Assembly: GCF_009914755.1 (NCBI RefSeq)
Contig: NC_060925.1
Direction: 5' to 3' (one strand)
Origin: the human T2T-CHM13v2.0 reference genome, Homo sapiens
Length of the DNA: 64,000 nucleotides
The first letter of the stretch is position 1. Each line of letters starts with the position of its first letter. Below are positions 12,355 to 24,866 of the stretch, one piece after another. The translations under genes were made by a program, and so were the position numbers. Below the pieces are notes generated by a model, which did not search any database, was not told the origin of the DNA, and worked only from the letters and a program-made list of their open reading frames with translations.

Positions 12355-13067
12355 GTGAGTCTGGCAGGTGGAGCCTCTAAGCTGCTTCATCTGCCCATGC
12401 CCCTTCAGCACAAGGCAGGCAGATGTGCCCTATCTTCTTTCCCCAGCCCAGGCTGGACATCCACAGGGACCTGTGTGGTTTGCATACCAGTACCTGTCAG
12501 GCTGTCTCCCACCTCAGCTCAAACACCTGCAGTGGGAGGGGGAGGGGAGGGCAGGGAAAGGACAGATGAGGAAAGAGGGAAGAGCTGTGAGAGTATGTGA
12601 GGGTGTGTTTGAGGAAACCCCAGGAGATCAGCTTCCAACAGTGATTAATTTAGTGAGAGAAAATAGATTCTCACTGCCAGCCACCAAGTCTGCAATAGCT
12701 GACAATGAAGCAGTCAGTTCTGCTTTCAGGCAGCTCTGGTCCTGTGAGAAGGCAATTTGTGAGCTTTCGTGCCCATACACCAACAGGAGAGTGACTGTGG
12801 GAGCCAGTCCCAAGGTGGGAAGGGAGCCAGCCTGCTCCGGGAGCTGGGAGACTCCAGCCAAAGTGGGATTCAGGAACCCAGAGGTGCAGACTTCCTATGG
12901 ACTCTGATGCCTGGCTGCACTATTAGGGAGAATGTCCTTGTGGAACCTCTGTGCTGGGTGTGTGCATCAGACTGACTCAGTCACTGGAGGAAGGCTGAGG
13001 TCTGGGATGTCAGCATTCCATCTTCTTTTCTGACAGGCATTACATGATGGCTCATCAAATATGAAGC

Positions 13068-13215
13068 CACTCATCTGTTCGTTCAACAAAATATATTGAG
13101 CTTCGACTGTCTCAGGCCCTGTGTTAGGTGCTACAGTCAAGAGGGTGCACAAAATAGATGCAGAGCCTACCCTCCTACCCTCCCAGAACTTACAGTTTAG
13201 AGAGGAGGACAGAAA
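13068..13215 (-). mobile_element. L2 3' end
   Basis: ttcaacaaaatatattgagc...caggccctgtgttaggtgct...gaacttacagtttag. Confidence 0.75.
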
Positions 13216-13529
13216 ATTGAGTGAGGAATGGGTTTCATCCATCTATCCTATAATTTTCACATGATTTCAATATTCAAAGGGCATCAATTAGGACTATAAA
13301 ACCTAAAATCAAGTAGACATCAACATCCTCTAGCTCGCTGTAATTGACATGTGAGCAAACTAAAGCCCAGAGAAGTGGTATAACTGAACAACGTTACACA
13401 GGTGGTGGGTGACAAAGGCTAGGACTGTAAAATTTCCATTCCTTCTTAAAATAATTTTCCTGCCACACCACCCTGCCACAATCCAAAGAGACCCAGTATG
13501 AATGATGCATATTGAACATTTCTGAAGTA

Positions 13530-13792
13530 TGTTCTTTGAATACCTTCTCTGTCAAATGCTCCATGAAAAAGAGTGCTCTATAGTTAGCTAGGTTCAGAAA
13601 ATGCCAGTAATGCATTTTCCTTATGGAGGTTGACAGTATACATGATCATATTAAAGGCTCCGAAGTCTATGGGAAAGAACTCTGTTTATCATGGTTTAAC
13701 CTAGAATTTCCCAAAGTGCTTTCATCATTGAAGCCCCTTTATTGATGTAACTCAACCCCACACACTCCTCTTCCTCAGAACTTTGGGAAACC
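13530..13792. mobile_element. hAT-Charlie (Charlie4-like) DNA transposon remnant
   Basis: aaagaactctgttt...gtttaacctagaatttcccaaa...actttgggaaac terminal pattern. Confidence 0.5.
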
Positions 13793-14284
13793 CCAAATCA
13801 GTTAAGGTTCTGTTTATTTTAGACATCCAACCCTTCCTTTCTGGCTTTTCCTATTTCCTTTTTTTCATCAAGGGGGCTTGGTTCTTCCCCTCTAAGTTAT
13901 ATTAGATCTGACTCTTCATTCTCCTCCACTCTTCAATACTTTCCACATTCTGGATAGCCCTTCTCCCTGGAATTCTGGGACCCCTTATTCTCTGGATTTT
14001 CCTCACTTTGTTCTCTCTGAGTTGCTTCTGAGATCTTTTCACCTTTTTGTCCCTCAGTAATTGATCTTCAATTTATTTCAGGCTTGCTTTTTCCTAAGTA
14101 CTCAAGGAAAAGACTTGAAACTTCACCAATCATCTCCTTATGAATAAATCACAAATCCAATAACTGACCTGTGACCTTTCTCCACCATGATTTGCTTCTC
14201 CAGCTAACAGTTCATTCACATATTCAAACAATACTCATTGCACACTGCTGTCAGGCCACATTAAAGGCCACTCTCCCAGCAATC

Positions 14285-14520
14285 TCTGGCTAGTCAATTC
14301 CACCAGTTAGAGAACTGTGGGGATAAGGTTAAGTTCATGGATTTGACCCCTGTTGGGCCCATGAGTTTCATTCTGCCCATGACCATGAATCCTGGCCAAT
14401 ATTCTCTCAAATGGGTGTCCATGGCATGAAGGAGCAGGATAAGAAGGTGTGTCTTGGCTTGGTTCAATTTGTCGCCTTTAAAGGAAAAAAATAGTCAAAG
14501 TCTATACCCTGGGATTAGAG
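14285..14520 (+). mobile_element. MamSINE1-like tRNA-derived SINE
   Basis: gttagag...ttcatggatttgacccctgttgggcc (tRNA-like B box), ctctcaaatg...ggaaaaaaatagtcaaag...ataccct. Confidence 0.6.
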
Positions 14521-14895
14521 GCGTCATCATATTAAGTATGTCAAAGTGACCATCAGCTCTTCCCTACATCAGCCTTCTACCTAGTTTTCTCAGGTCCCAA
14601 ATCATCCCCCCAAACATCTCCCTCTGCAAAATCCCATAATTATTTCATTGGGAAATAGCTAACATTTGCCTTTTGTTCCTTTTTTACTCAAACAAACCAT
14701 TAGCTGTTTTTTTTTTTTAAGTCCCCTGACACTGTGGTTCTCATGTGTTGCTCAGAGATTTCATCTGGACCTGAAGAAATGAGAGAAGTGGCCTTAAACA
14801 AATGTTACTATTCAACAGTAGAATTATAAGCATTATGGCTCCTTTTGCAAGAAGCTTTCTACCACCAGGCTTGAGACTGGATCTCAATTTTGATT

Positions 14896-14924
14896 GCACG
14901 CACACACGCACACACACACACACA
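14896..14924. repeat. Imperfect (CA)n
   Basis: gcacgcacacacgcacacacacacacaca. Confidence 0.85.
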
Positions 14925-15339
14925 GAGTGTTTTTCAATAAGAAGGAAAAAAATCATAAGTTTTTTATTTGCCATGATTTGCTTCTCCAGCTAACAGTTAT
15001 TCATGTATTCAAACAACACTTACTGAACACTCATTTATAGGCCACACTAAAGGCCAGTTTCTTGTAATCCCTGGCTAGTTAATTCCCCCAAGTTCATTTC
15101 CTGATAAAACTGAGAACTATTTTCATGGTGTACCACCTATCACTCCTGCTTCTTCAATCATCTTGGAAAATCTAAAATAGAAGACAAACCACATTCAACA
15201 GAGTCATTAGATGTGTCATAGAGAGCACTAGTAATGCTCACACCAAACATTAATTTGAAGACTGCGTATAGATGAAGAGAGTTCCTGGCCAGTCTTAGTT
15301 TGCAAAACTCATTCCCTTTTGCCTACCATTAGGGATTCT

Positions 15340-15872
15340 TATTTTATTTTATTATAGATTCTGGGGTATGTGTGCAGATTTGTTACAAGAGTATATTTTG
15401 TAATGCTTGGTACATTTCATAATGCTTCGATTGAGCCCATCACCCAAATAGTAAATATAGTACCCAATAGGTAGTTTTTTAACCCTTGTCCCCTCCATCC
15501 CCCTCTTTTGGAGTCCCCAGTGTTTACTGTTTCCATCTTTATGTCCATTTGTACCCATTGTTTAGTTCCCGCTTATAAGTGAGAACATGTGGTATTTGAT
15601 TTTCTGTTTCTGCATTATTTCACTTAGGATAATGACCTCCAGCTGCATCCATGTTGCTGTAAAGAACATGACTTCATTCTTTTTATGGCTGCGTAGTATT
15701 CCATGGTGTACATGTCCTAAATTTTCCTTATCTAGCTCACCATTGATGGACACTTAAGTTGATTCCATGACTTTGCTACTGTGGATAGTGCTGTGATAAA
15801 TATGTGAGTGCAGGTGTATTTTTGATAAAATGATTTCTTTTCCTCTGGGTAGATACCCAGTAGTGGGATTGC
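15340..15872 (-). mobile_element. 5'-truncated L1 (L1PB/L1MA-like) with TSD
   Basis: L1 3'UTR plus ORF2 C-terminal remnants (AIPLLGIYPEE, TWMQLEVIILSE); TSD tagggattct at 15330-15339 and 15873-15882. Confidence 0.92.
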
Positions 15873-17764
15873 TAGGGATTCTAGATTATTTTCCCTGAGA
15901 GGGCAGGAAAGACTTGGGAGCACAGTTGCATCTATGCTCAGCCCCAGACATTCCCAAGGCACCATGGCATGAGCTAAAGCTTAGTCAGAGTCCTCCTGGG
16001 CTCAGCTCTGCCTGCTCTGGTGCCTCCCTCTCCTCTCCACTGGTGCCTGTCCTGCCTCCCTCCACTAAGCTCTGGCCAGAGGAGAAAAGAGAACATCATC
16101 ATTTCCACTGACAAGCACCATCTCACTTCTCTTCTTACTCACTTTTCTTATCTCTTAGAGCCCCCTTCGTGCCCTTAAGTTTCTCTAAGACACCTCTGCT
16201 TACTCTGTCTCCAGCCCCTGCCTTTACCCCTGCATTACGGTCTTCTTACAAAGGCTTATTTTTCCAAATGTTCAGTCTGCATTAGTCCCATCAATTCTTT
16301 ACACCCACTGAAAGGAAGCATGCTATAATAGGAAGAACATAGCATTCAAAACAAAGCAACATGTTCTGTCCCTTCCTTTCCTTTTCTTTCTCCCAGAAAC
16401 TTCCAGCTTACTTCTTCCCCATTTCTAAACCTTTCTAGACATAGTTAACCCCGAAATGAAGAAGAGAGGTGGTATGCTGAGCTAGCTCATGCCCAGCCTC
16501 ATCTCCCATGTGCCTTCTTTTCTTTTCGAAAGACAATAATGGGGACTGAATTCATGATGAAGTCCCCTGCTCCCCACACCGAGAAAACATGAGCCACAAT
16601 GTGAGGCAGATGCCCTGTCAGGATCACATGCTTCAAGCAAGATGCATCCCATATGGCTCAGGCTGAAGACTGCCCAGCCCTCCCTATCTTCTGCTGTTAG
16701 CGCCCCCCACCACACCCTCCCCTCCCCCAGAATACGCTCCAATCTTCCAGCAAGCTGGGCGTGAATACACCAGCCATCTCAAACACCCAGGGATTTGGGG
16801 AAAGTGTTAAGAAGGAATGTAAACAATACATACTAATTGCTGCTGTGACATAAGTTATAAATTAAATTAGATGGGTCAGAGCGCTGTACTCCCCTTCTCC
16901 CCAGCCTCCTTGGGAACACGATGGGAGAACAAGCGTCTCACATAGAGGAAACTGACTTCTAATGAGCACTTCTGACATTTCAATAACTAGGGCCCTGGAT
17001 GCCTTGTGTCAAATGAGCCCTCAGCTCTGCTGAGTGCCAAGGTTCCAGAGCATTCTAGGCTGGGTACAGGGAGGAGCCCCAGTCCCACGGGGGTTGTGGC
17101 AGACAAGCCTATCTACAGCTCCTGTGCTTCTCATTAGGGTTGCAGACTTGAGAATGAGCACTTCAGAATCAGCCCTGACTTAAGAAGAGGCCGGGAAGAA
17201 AGGAGGCAGTGAGCTTTCTAAATAACTGTGATGAGGCTTGCTATTCCGTTTTGTTGTGACTGCCCAGGAAATCTCTCTGCCTGGAGCAAAGCAGATGCTA
17301 AATGAACATTAGTTGAGCAAATGAATGAATGAACAAATGAGGAAGAGAATGACTGAGTCTGTTGCAGACCCCAAATGCCACAGACCCCAGTTTTGTTCTG
17401 TTTTGTCCACTGAGTAACCCAGGAAGCAGAGGGCAGTGGGACCAGTTAGAAAGGAAGGAAATGAGGATGCAATTTGCATGGTGTGGGTACCTGAGAGGCC
17501 TTGCCTTTGCCACTAGCAATCCCTAAAGCTGGCTGGATTTAACAGAATTCAGAAGCAACATGTGACTTTGTTTGGTAAAGTCAGAGTGCAGTGAGGACTA
17601 GGCCCTAAGTTTCTGTTTGTTTTTTCCCAAAACTCCCTACCCATGAGCCAGTTCTCTGTAAGTCACTTCCATTCTCATCTTTCTGCCCTCTCAGAGAGTT
17701 TCTTCCATGCTGCAAGGCCAAGGCCATGTCTTTTATGACAGAAGCCAGAGATGGTGTTGTCAAA

Positions 17765-17905
17765 GTCATTCACTCAGCAAACATTATACAGTGACCTCTG
17801 CATGCTTGGCACTATGTTGTGCTCTGGGAATCCATAAATGAATAAAACACGGCCACTAACCTCAGGGGGCTCCCAGTCTAGTGAGGAGATGGCAAGCACA
17901 CAGGT
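17765..17905 (-). mobile_element. L2 3' end
   Basis: tcattcactcagcaaacatt...ggcactatg...gctcccagtctagtgaggag. Confidence 0.75.
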
Positions 17906-18789
17906 AACTAGAGTTCTTGGCATCCTGCAGGCCTCAATGCCCTGGCTGTCTCTGTAGGACCACGTCGGAAACCCTCCCACTGATGGCTCATGTGAAGCCC
18001 AGAGAGGACCAGAGGCCTGAGCCTGGAATCTTCTCCTGGCTTCTGCCTAGGGCTCTTTGTCCTTCACCAGGCCACTATGCAACATCTTGGCCACCCAGAG
18101 GGACTCCAGACAGTGGCACACTGCCTCTTCATCACCTCCCTGCTTGCTAAAACATGTCACAAAGAGCCCGTCTTTCCACAGGGATACCAGGTAGCATGAC
18201 CGAATACCTTAATCTACCCCAGGTTTTTTTCCCCATTGTTTTCATCTGTACAAATCCAAGGTGCCAAATACCTCTTAGATTGGAGGCCTGCAAGCTTCCA
18301 GGGAGGGAAATGATGCTGGGAGCAGGGCTATTTGCATGTTTTCATTAACGCAGGCTATGGCTGGCCAGGCTGCCAGCTCCCTTGAATGCGTGTCTTCCTG
18401 GGGTGATAGAGAATCAATTGGCTTGATGCAACTTCTGGATCCTTGTTACAGCCCTGGCTTGGGTCCCGTGGAGGCCCTCAGACAGACATCAATAACCTTG
18501 CCTCTCATTGCCTTTATTGGCCTCGATGCCATCCCATTAGAATGCACCAATATTTATGCACATTTTAATGGCACTGCCAACAGCAGCATTATAACAGGGT
18601 GGCCAGACAGGGAGGGGTGAGGGAAGACTGCAGGCTGCGTTTTCTCTCTCTCACTGTGCTTATTCAATCTACAGGCAGAGGGTTTCTTTCTCACTAAGTC
18701 CTTTTCTCCAATACCTGAGGCCTCGGTTTCCGTTACTACCCAGAGGCTCAATACTAATAGGTAGAATTTGTTGTGAATCAATAATAGGC

Positions 18790-19022
18790 AACACACACTA
18801 TTTTCCATGATTCATTGTTTCATGTAATTGTCACAACATTAAGTAGGATAATGGTACTGCTATTTAACAAATGGATAAGTCAAGGCTCAGAGTTGGTAAG
18901 CAAGTTCAAGGTCATACAGCTGTAAGCAGGTTTACAGGCAAAATTACAAGTTCATATAGGAAGAACCAGGCTTTTGGCTTAGATCCGGGCCAAAGCTATG
19001 TCTTTTTATTCTATTACATTGC
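18790..19022 (-). mobile_element. MIR
   Basis: tttaacaaatggataagtcaaggctcagagttggtaag...caaggtcatacagct. Confidence 0.7.
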
Positions 19023-19034
19023 CGTGGATCTTTA

Positions 19035-20145
19035 TAACTCAATAAACATAATAAATTTTGATTTGAGTACCTACTACGTGTGGGGTACTGTTATAGGCTC
19101 TGAAGTACTGAAGTGACAAAGACAGATGAGGTCTCTGCTTCAGTGTCTGGACATCATAAGAGAATCAACAAATGTTTACACAAGAACATATGATCTGGTG
19201 ACAAGTGTGCAAAGCATTAAAATAGACTGATGTGAGAGTGAGTGATGGGGTTGCTACTTCTAGATGGGGTGACCAGGAAAGTCCTCTTGAGAAGGTGACA
19301 GTCACACTGAGTCATAAAGAGCAAGAAGGGGCATTCCACATGACTCTCAGAAGACACAGCTCAGTCCCCAGGTGGGAATAAGCTGGGTGGGTTTGAGGAC
19401 AGGAGGGAAGACCCGTGTGGCTGTAGCAGAGCAGTTGGGAGGATGAGAGGTGGTGAGGCAGGTGCAGAGCTAGGCAGGACTGGATCCTCTTGGCTTAAGT
19501 GCCAGGGGGAGCCATTTGGGTTTAAGTTTGATTGTGATAACAAGTCACTGGACTTGATCTGAAGTAATTATTTAATGTTCCCTCTGGCTTTGCGCAGAGA
19601 AGTATTGGAGTAGAACAAAAGAGAAACAGGTGGAGTGAGTTAGGAGACTATTGTGATGGCAGCTGAGGGAAGGGTGGGAGTCATTGAAGGAGGAGAGAAG
19701 ATTGAACATATTCTAGATAGATTTAGGAAGTAAGATACATGAGACTGGCTGATGGATTGGATATGAGGTGTGAAGCAGAATGACAAATCAAGGAAACCTT
19801 CTAGGTTTGGGAACTAATCAACTTGGTGAGTCATGATAGCATTTGTTAAAATGGACTGTTGGATGAAGAATTTGTTGGGGTGTTTGGCACAGGAAGTCAA
19901 GAGTTCTTTGGGGCCATTTTAAACTTGAGATGTTAATTAAACATCTCTATAGTAAGTAGTTGGATAGCACCATGGACAGCATGCAGCTGAGAAGGGTGTC
20001 CAGTCCTATCCACACCTTAACACCCAGCAGCAGAGCAGAACAAGGTGGCTCTGCAGAGCAGGATGGGAAACGCAGGCCACAGGTAGGAAGAAAACCTAGA
20101 GAAAGTGATGTCAAGGAAGTTGAGAGATCAACGGTTTCAAAATAG
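19035..20145 (-). mobile_element. Long L2 fragment
   Basis: From the 3' end (ttgagtacctactacgtg) through gggtgaccaggaaagtcctc, gactggctgatggattggat, agagaaagtgatgtca. Confidence 0.85.
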
Positions 20146-20149
20146 TAAT

Positions 20150-20390
20150 ATTAATGATGATGATAATTATAAGAGGAGGAGGAAGAGGAAGGTAGTAGTA
20201 GTAACAACAAAGAACTTATTATGTGACAGGCACAGTTGTAAGAGTTTCCTGTGTTTTAACTAACTTTAATTCCCACAACAAGCCTAAAAAGGAGATACTG
20301 TTATTCTCTCCAAATTCTAGATGAGACAACTGAGGCACAGAGAGGCTACTCAAAAGTGAAATCTCTGGTCTCTCTACCCACTGTGTTCCT
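20150..20390 (-). mobile_element. MIR with decayed simple-repeat tail
   Basis: ttaattcccacaacaagcct...ctagatgagacaactgaggcacagagagg. Confidence 0.8.
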
Positions 20391-21784
20391 TAACAAGCCA
20401 GACCCAGCCCCTTCTTTCCAGGCCCTAAAAATCAGCTTCAGAGCCTTAAACAGGTACTGACTGAGTTCTCGGTAGGTCCTGTCCTTTTTCAGCCCCAAAC
20501 TTGGTTTATTAATCTCTTTGTCGGTTTCAATGCTCAGATCAGGGGAAACCTGTTAGCTTAGGTGACAGACAGGCAGCCTGCAGCTGTGGGGAGTAATCAG
20601 ATTTCTTATTTTTGCTCTATTCTCCAACACAAACCTTTTCTTCAGGCTCATTCTCTCCCTAGCTGCCAAAACCATCGTGTGATATTCCCACATGCATTCC
20701 GTTTCAGGAGGGCTATCCCATGCCATCCTGAAATGGCTCCAATTCCTGTCTCAAGACTCATCCAAGCCTCACCTCCTCTGAGGGGCTTCCTTGAGAAGAA
20801 TACCCACATTCATCTCTACAACCTCTCAGAAATTATTTCATATATAATTAATTTTCATTCTTAATTAAGTTCAATTTTGCACTTTGCATCGGCAAAGTAG
20901 TTCGGTTCCCATGACATACTTCACAGTCAAAATGCTATTACCAGAGGTGGAAGTAACAATGAATGGAGCAAAATGTATCCGTGGGTGTCAGGAAAGGGAA
21001 TAAGAGGGATAAAATGAAATTAGATGCCAATTAACCTTGGGGCAGACACATGCAAGAAGAGGGGCCATTGAAGAGAGCCAGGGAAAACATGGTCTGGGTC
21101 GGGACACTCCAGGACTGGGAAAAGACCTGGCTCTGCCCCTGGCAATGCTTGGGACATGGTCTTGTGCAGCTAGACATGGCCCTGGCTGGACCTCCAGAGA
21201 GGAGGCACAGGGGCCATCTGGGAATTTACTGGTTCTTGTCACATCCTTCCAAGATGGACCAAATATATGTGTGCGTGGCATCTGCCCTAGCGATGGTTAA
21301 TATAAGTGGAGAGTGCCTCAAGTTCCCTTCATCCATCTTTCCATCTGCCTTGGGTCTGAAATTTGCACACTTGAAGAATAAAGTCTTTAATTTGCAGCTA
21401 TAAACAAGTAAGCTCATTTTCCCACGTACAGTTGAGAGAACACCATGGGCAAAGATCAGTCTCACTGAGGGCTAAGCAGGAGTAAGCAGTGGAGAGGTGG
21501 CCAGAGGAGTTACTGCCCTGAATGGGTCCACTAACAGGGGAGAGGAGAGGAAGGTCTCATGAAAAGGGCAGTGGGAGACTTGGGAAGAAGAGTCATGAAC
21601 TTCACAGGCCCTAGTATAGGCCCTACCTTCCTTCAAGGTGTGCAGACAAACAGAGACAAATAGGGTAAAGAGGGATTATTTGTTACACATTGTTATGTGA
21701 ACTGGTGAGGACGTATGCAGGGAGACAACATCACATGTAGGGAGAACCATATCAGTCCTGCTTCACAGAATTGGGAAGAATGTT

Positions 21785-22000
21785 CACCCATTCATTCATC
21801 CAACAAATATTCATTGAACATCTACTCTGTGCAGGCACTGTTCCAGGTGCTTGCAATATGCCATTGAGGAAAACAGACACAGACCTCTGCACTTGTAAAG
21901 TTATTCAAGTGACAGGACACAGACAATAAACTACAAACATGACAAACAGTTGTAAACTACATAGAATGTTAGAGGTAATGAGGTCACAGTCTTTGGAAAA
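21785..22000 (-). mobile_element. L2 3' end
   Basis: cattcattcatccaacaaatattcattgaacatctactctgtgcaggcactg. Confidence 0.85.
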
Positions 22001-23437
22001 AAGAGACTTATTTCCCAAAAAGTACTGCATCATCACACACAATCCCAGCTTGCTCTCTGTTACCTCTCCAGGAGTCTCTGAGGCTGGAGTGGCCACACTG
22101 CTCACTTCTCTTTTATTTCTCAAACACCCTCCACCATCCACCTGTCTCCCTTGTAACCTGTACTACACATGTGTGGGACACAGAGAAGGTGCTCAATCAT
22201 GTGTGGCATCAAATTAACCATCCTAGTTTAGGAACACAAACTGTCTCCCGACAGAAATCCTCCTCTAAGATGATCTGTTTACCTGTTTGCCAGGGCCCTA
22301 GAGCCCCGTCTCCATTGATCATCCCCTGTGTCACATGTGGGAAATGTGGTTATCCAAGGAGACTTTGATGATTAATTTCCCTCCCTCCTCTTAGGTTTCC
22401 CAGGAGCCCATCTGTACGCTGTCATTCACAATGCCTCCTCTCCTGGCCATTCCTGACTCACAAGAGGGATGGGGATGAGGCAAACACTGTGTTCTACAGG
22501 TGACTGTTCTAAAATTTGCCACATAGGACTGAGAATGCTTTGATTGAATCTCACGTCTACAGCCCCAACACCCTGAATGCGCCCAATCTCATCTGATTTG
22601 ATCTCATTTCCAGCAATGTGTATACATGCATGAAATGGAGAAGCCAGCCTCCTTGCATGTGTCCAGCACGAGGGATGATGAGCAATAACTTTCTGTACAA
22701 TAAAATCATGGACCATGCTGAAGTACATTTCAACTGCTCTCTTGTCCTTAACTTATTCATGTATATAAAACATCAAATTCTATAAAGACTTAGCTGAGGA
22801 ATGCCTTTAAATTCAGTATATGTAAAAAGTAGAAGAATAAGCCTTCAAAATCCACTGTTTGTATATGCCAGAGTTCTTTGAGGCTCAATCCCAGGATCCT
22901 TTCTCTTCTTACTCATGTTGTATTTATGTCTAGTTTTACCCATGTCCTCTCTTCAGACACCACCTCTCTGCCAATGGCTCAGAATCCAATATTTACAGTC
23001 TAGACTTTTCCTCTCAGTCTTATAACAAAGTACCATACAGTATCCCAAGGGATATCCCTACTTGGTTGACCTCCAGGCTCTTCAACACTCCACAATCAGA
23101 ACAAATTCATGGTCTTCCTGCCATCACTTCTGAATCTGGACCTGTTCCATCATTCTTTATCTCACTAGAGATAAAACGTCACAACCATTCAGTGTCTCTA
23201 GCCAGAAATCCAAGCATCATCACGGACCTGACCTCCCTTGTTCTTGCCCTTCATATTCAATCTATCCAAAGTCCTATCAGTTTTGCATTCAAATAAATAA
23301 ATTTTTGAATTTCACTGTTCACTGTCCAATCAGATCCCACATTGCAACCAGAGGAAATTCTAAATGCAAATAGTGCCACCCCTATGCTTAAATTACTCTA
23401 GTACTTTTCTATTGCTGTAACAATAAATACCAAAATC

Positions 23438-23815
23438 CTTATGGGCTCAATTATGTTCTCAAAATCATATGTTAAAATCCTACCCCGCCCAGTACTTGGA
23501 ATGTGATCTTATTTGGAGATAGGGACTTTAATGAGACAATTAAGTTAAAGTGAGAACATTAGAATGGGCCCTAATCCCCTATGGCTGGTGTTTTTATAAG
23601 AAGATATTAGGGCACCATCAGGCAGAGAAGGCCATGTGTAGACACAGTGAGAAGAAGACATCTACAATCAAAGGAGAGGGAACTTAAAGAAACCAACCCT
23701 GCTGACACCTTGATCTCAGACTTCTAGCCTCCAGTACCATGAGAAAGTCAATATCTATGGTTTAAGCCACTCAGTCTGTAGAACTTTATTATGGCAGCCT
23801 TAGCAAACAAACACA
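23438..23815 (+). mobile_element. MLT1B-like solo LTR
   Basis: tatgggctcaatt...gaatgtgatcttatttggagataggg...aaaccaaccctgctgacaccttgatc...atggcagccttagcaaac. Confidence 0.9.
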
Positions 23816-23847
23816 TCTCAACAAAGCTATAACGTCCTCTTGGCTTT

Positions 23848-24376
23848 TGTGGTGGTTTTAAAATATGTCCATGAATTTTTTGACACTCCCCCTTCAAAAG
23901 GTGGAGCTGATTCTTCTCCCCTTGGGTGTGGGCTACACTTACTGGCTCCCCTCTAAGAAGTAGAACATGGTAGAAGGGATAAGGTGTAACTTCCAGATTA
24001 GGACATAAAAGGAATTAGGGCTTCCTGTTGCTCTCCTTTTTGGATCCCTTGCTCTTGGGGAAGCCAGCTGCCACATCATGAGGACTCTCAAGGGGCCCAG
24101 TGGAGAGTCCACATGGTGAGGACTGAAGCCTCCTGCCCACAGCCGTGTAAGTGAGAGATCCTGTACACAGATTCTGTGGTCCCAAACAAGCCTGCGGATT
24201 ATGGCAGCTCTTGCCAGTGTCTTTACTGTAACTTCAGAGAGACCCTGAATCAGAACTGCACAGCTAAGCTGCTCCACAATCCCTGACCCACAGAAACTAT
24301 GAGACAATAAATGTTTGTTGTTTTAAGGTGCTAAATTCTAGGGCAACTTGTTAGGCAGAAATAGATAATTAGTACG
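23848..24376 (+). mobile_element. MLT1F-like solo LTR
   Basis: tgtggtggttttaaaatatgtcc...gaagccagctgccac...cctgacccacagaaac...aatagataattagtac. Confidence 0.9.
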
Positions 24377-24792
24377 GTTTGAGTCTATTCTTCTAGGCTA
24401 ATCATTCACCACTCTTGTCTTGCTCTCTGAGCTCCAGCCTCATTTCCTCTCTTGCTCAAATTCCCTATGCTCCTTAAACCCCTCTTTCTAGAATGTACCC
24501 CTACATTCTTCCTTATTTGAGTCCTACTCATTGTCTTGATCTCTTTGATGCATTAATTTTTCAGAGAAATCTTTTTTGACCCCATTCCAGTAATATGTTT
24601 TATTAAACCATGTTCCTTTCCTTCAGAACACTTTCCTAAGTTCATTATTATTTGTTCATTAGGGTGATTATTGGATTGATATCTATCTTCCTCACTAGAC
24701 TTCAAGCTCCTCAAGGCCAGACATGGTGCTGTTTTTACTTATCTCTGTGTTCCCAGTGCCTATACAATATAGTCATTGAATACATAATTGTT

Positions 24793-24866
24793 GGATGGAT
24801 GGAAGGATGGATGCATGGATGCATGGACAGATGGATATATGGATGGATGGATGGATGGATGGATGG
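24793..24866. repeat. (GGAT)n microsatellite at L2 tail
   Basis: Imperfect tetranucleotide run. Confidence 0.9.

Larger units (their letters stand above)
14185..15094 (+). repeat. Local direct duplication, ~124-bp copies at 14185-14308 and 14971-15094
   Basis: First 28 nt identical (ccatgatttgcttctccagctaacagtt); continues tattcaaacaa, aggccaca-taaaggcca, ctggctagt-aattcc. Confidence 0.9.
22860..24792 (+). mobile_element. L2 interrupted by two MaLR LTRs
   Basis: CT-rich L2 body 22860-23437, resuming ~24380-24792 with cactagacttcaagctcctcaagg and the 3' tail. Confidence 0.75.

Noticed and set aside
12368-12907. 179-aa ORF
   Set aside because: GTG start, runs through a G-rich low-complexity tract, no homology recognised
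15352-15965. ORFs with L1 ORF2-like peptides
   Set aside because: Broken remnants of a truncated L1
11300-18230. Shared YLNLPQV peptide / aatctacc-caggtt at ~11304 and ~18209
   Set aside because: Only ~20 nt with no flanking similarity; coincidence
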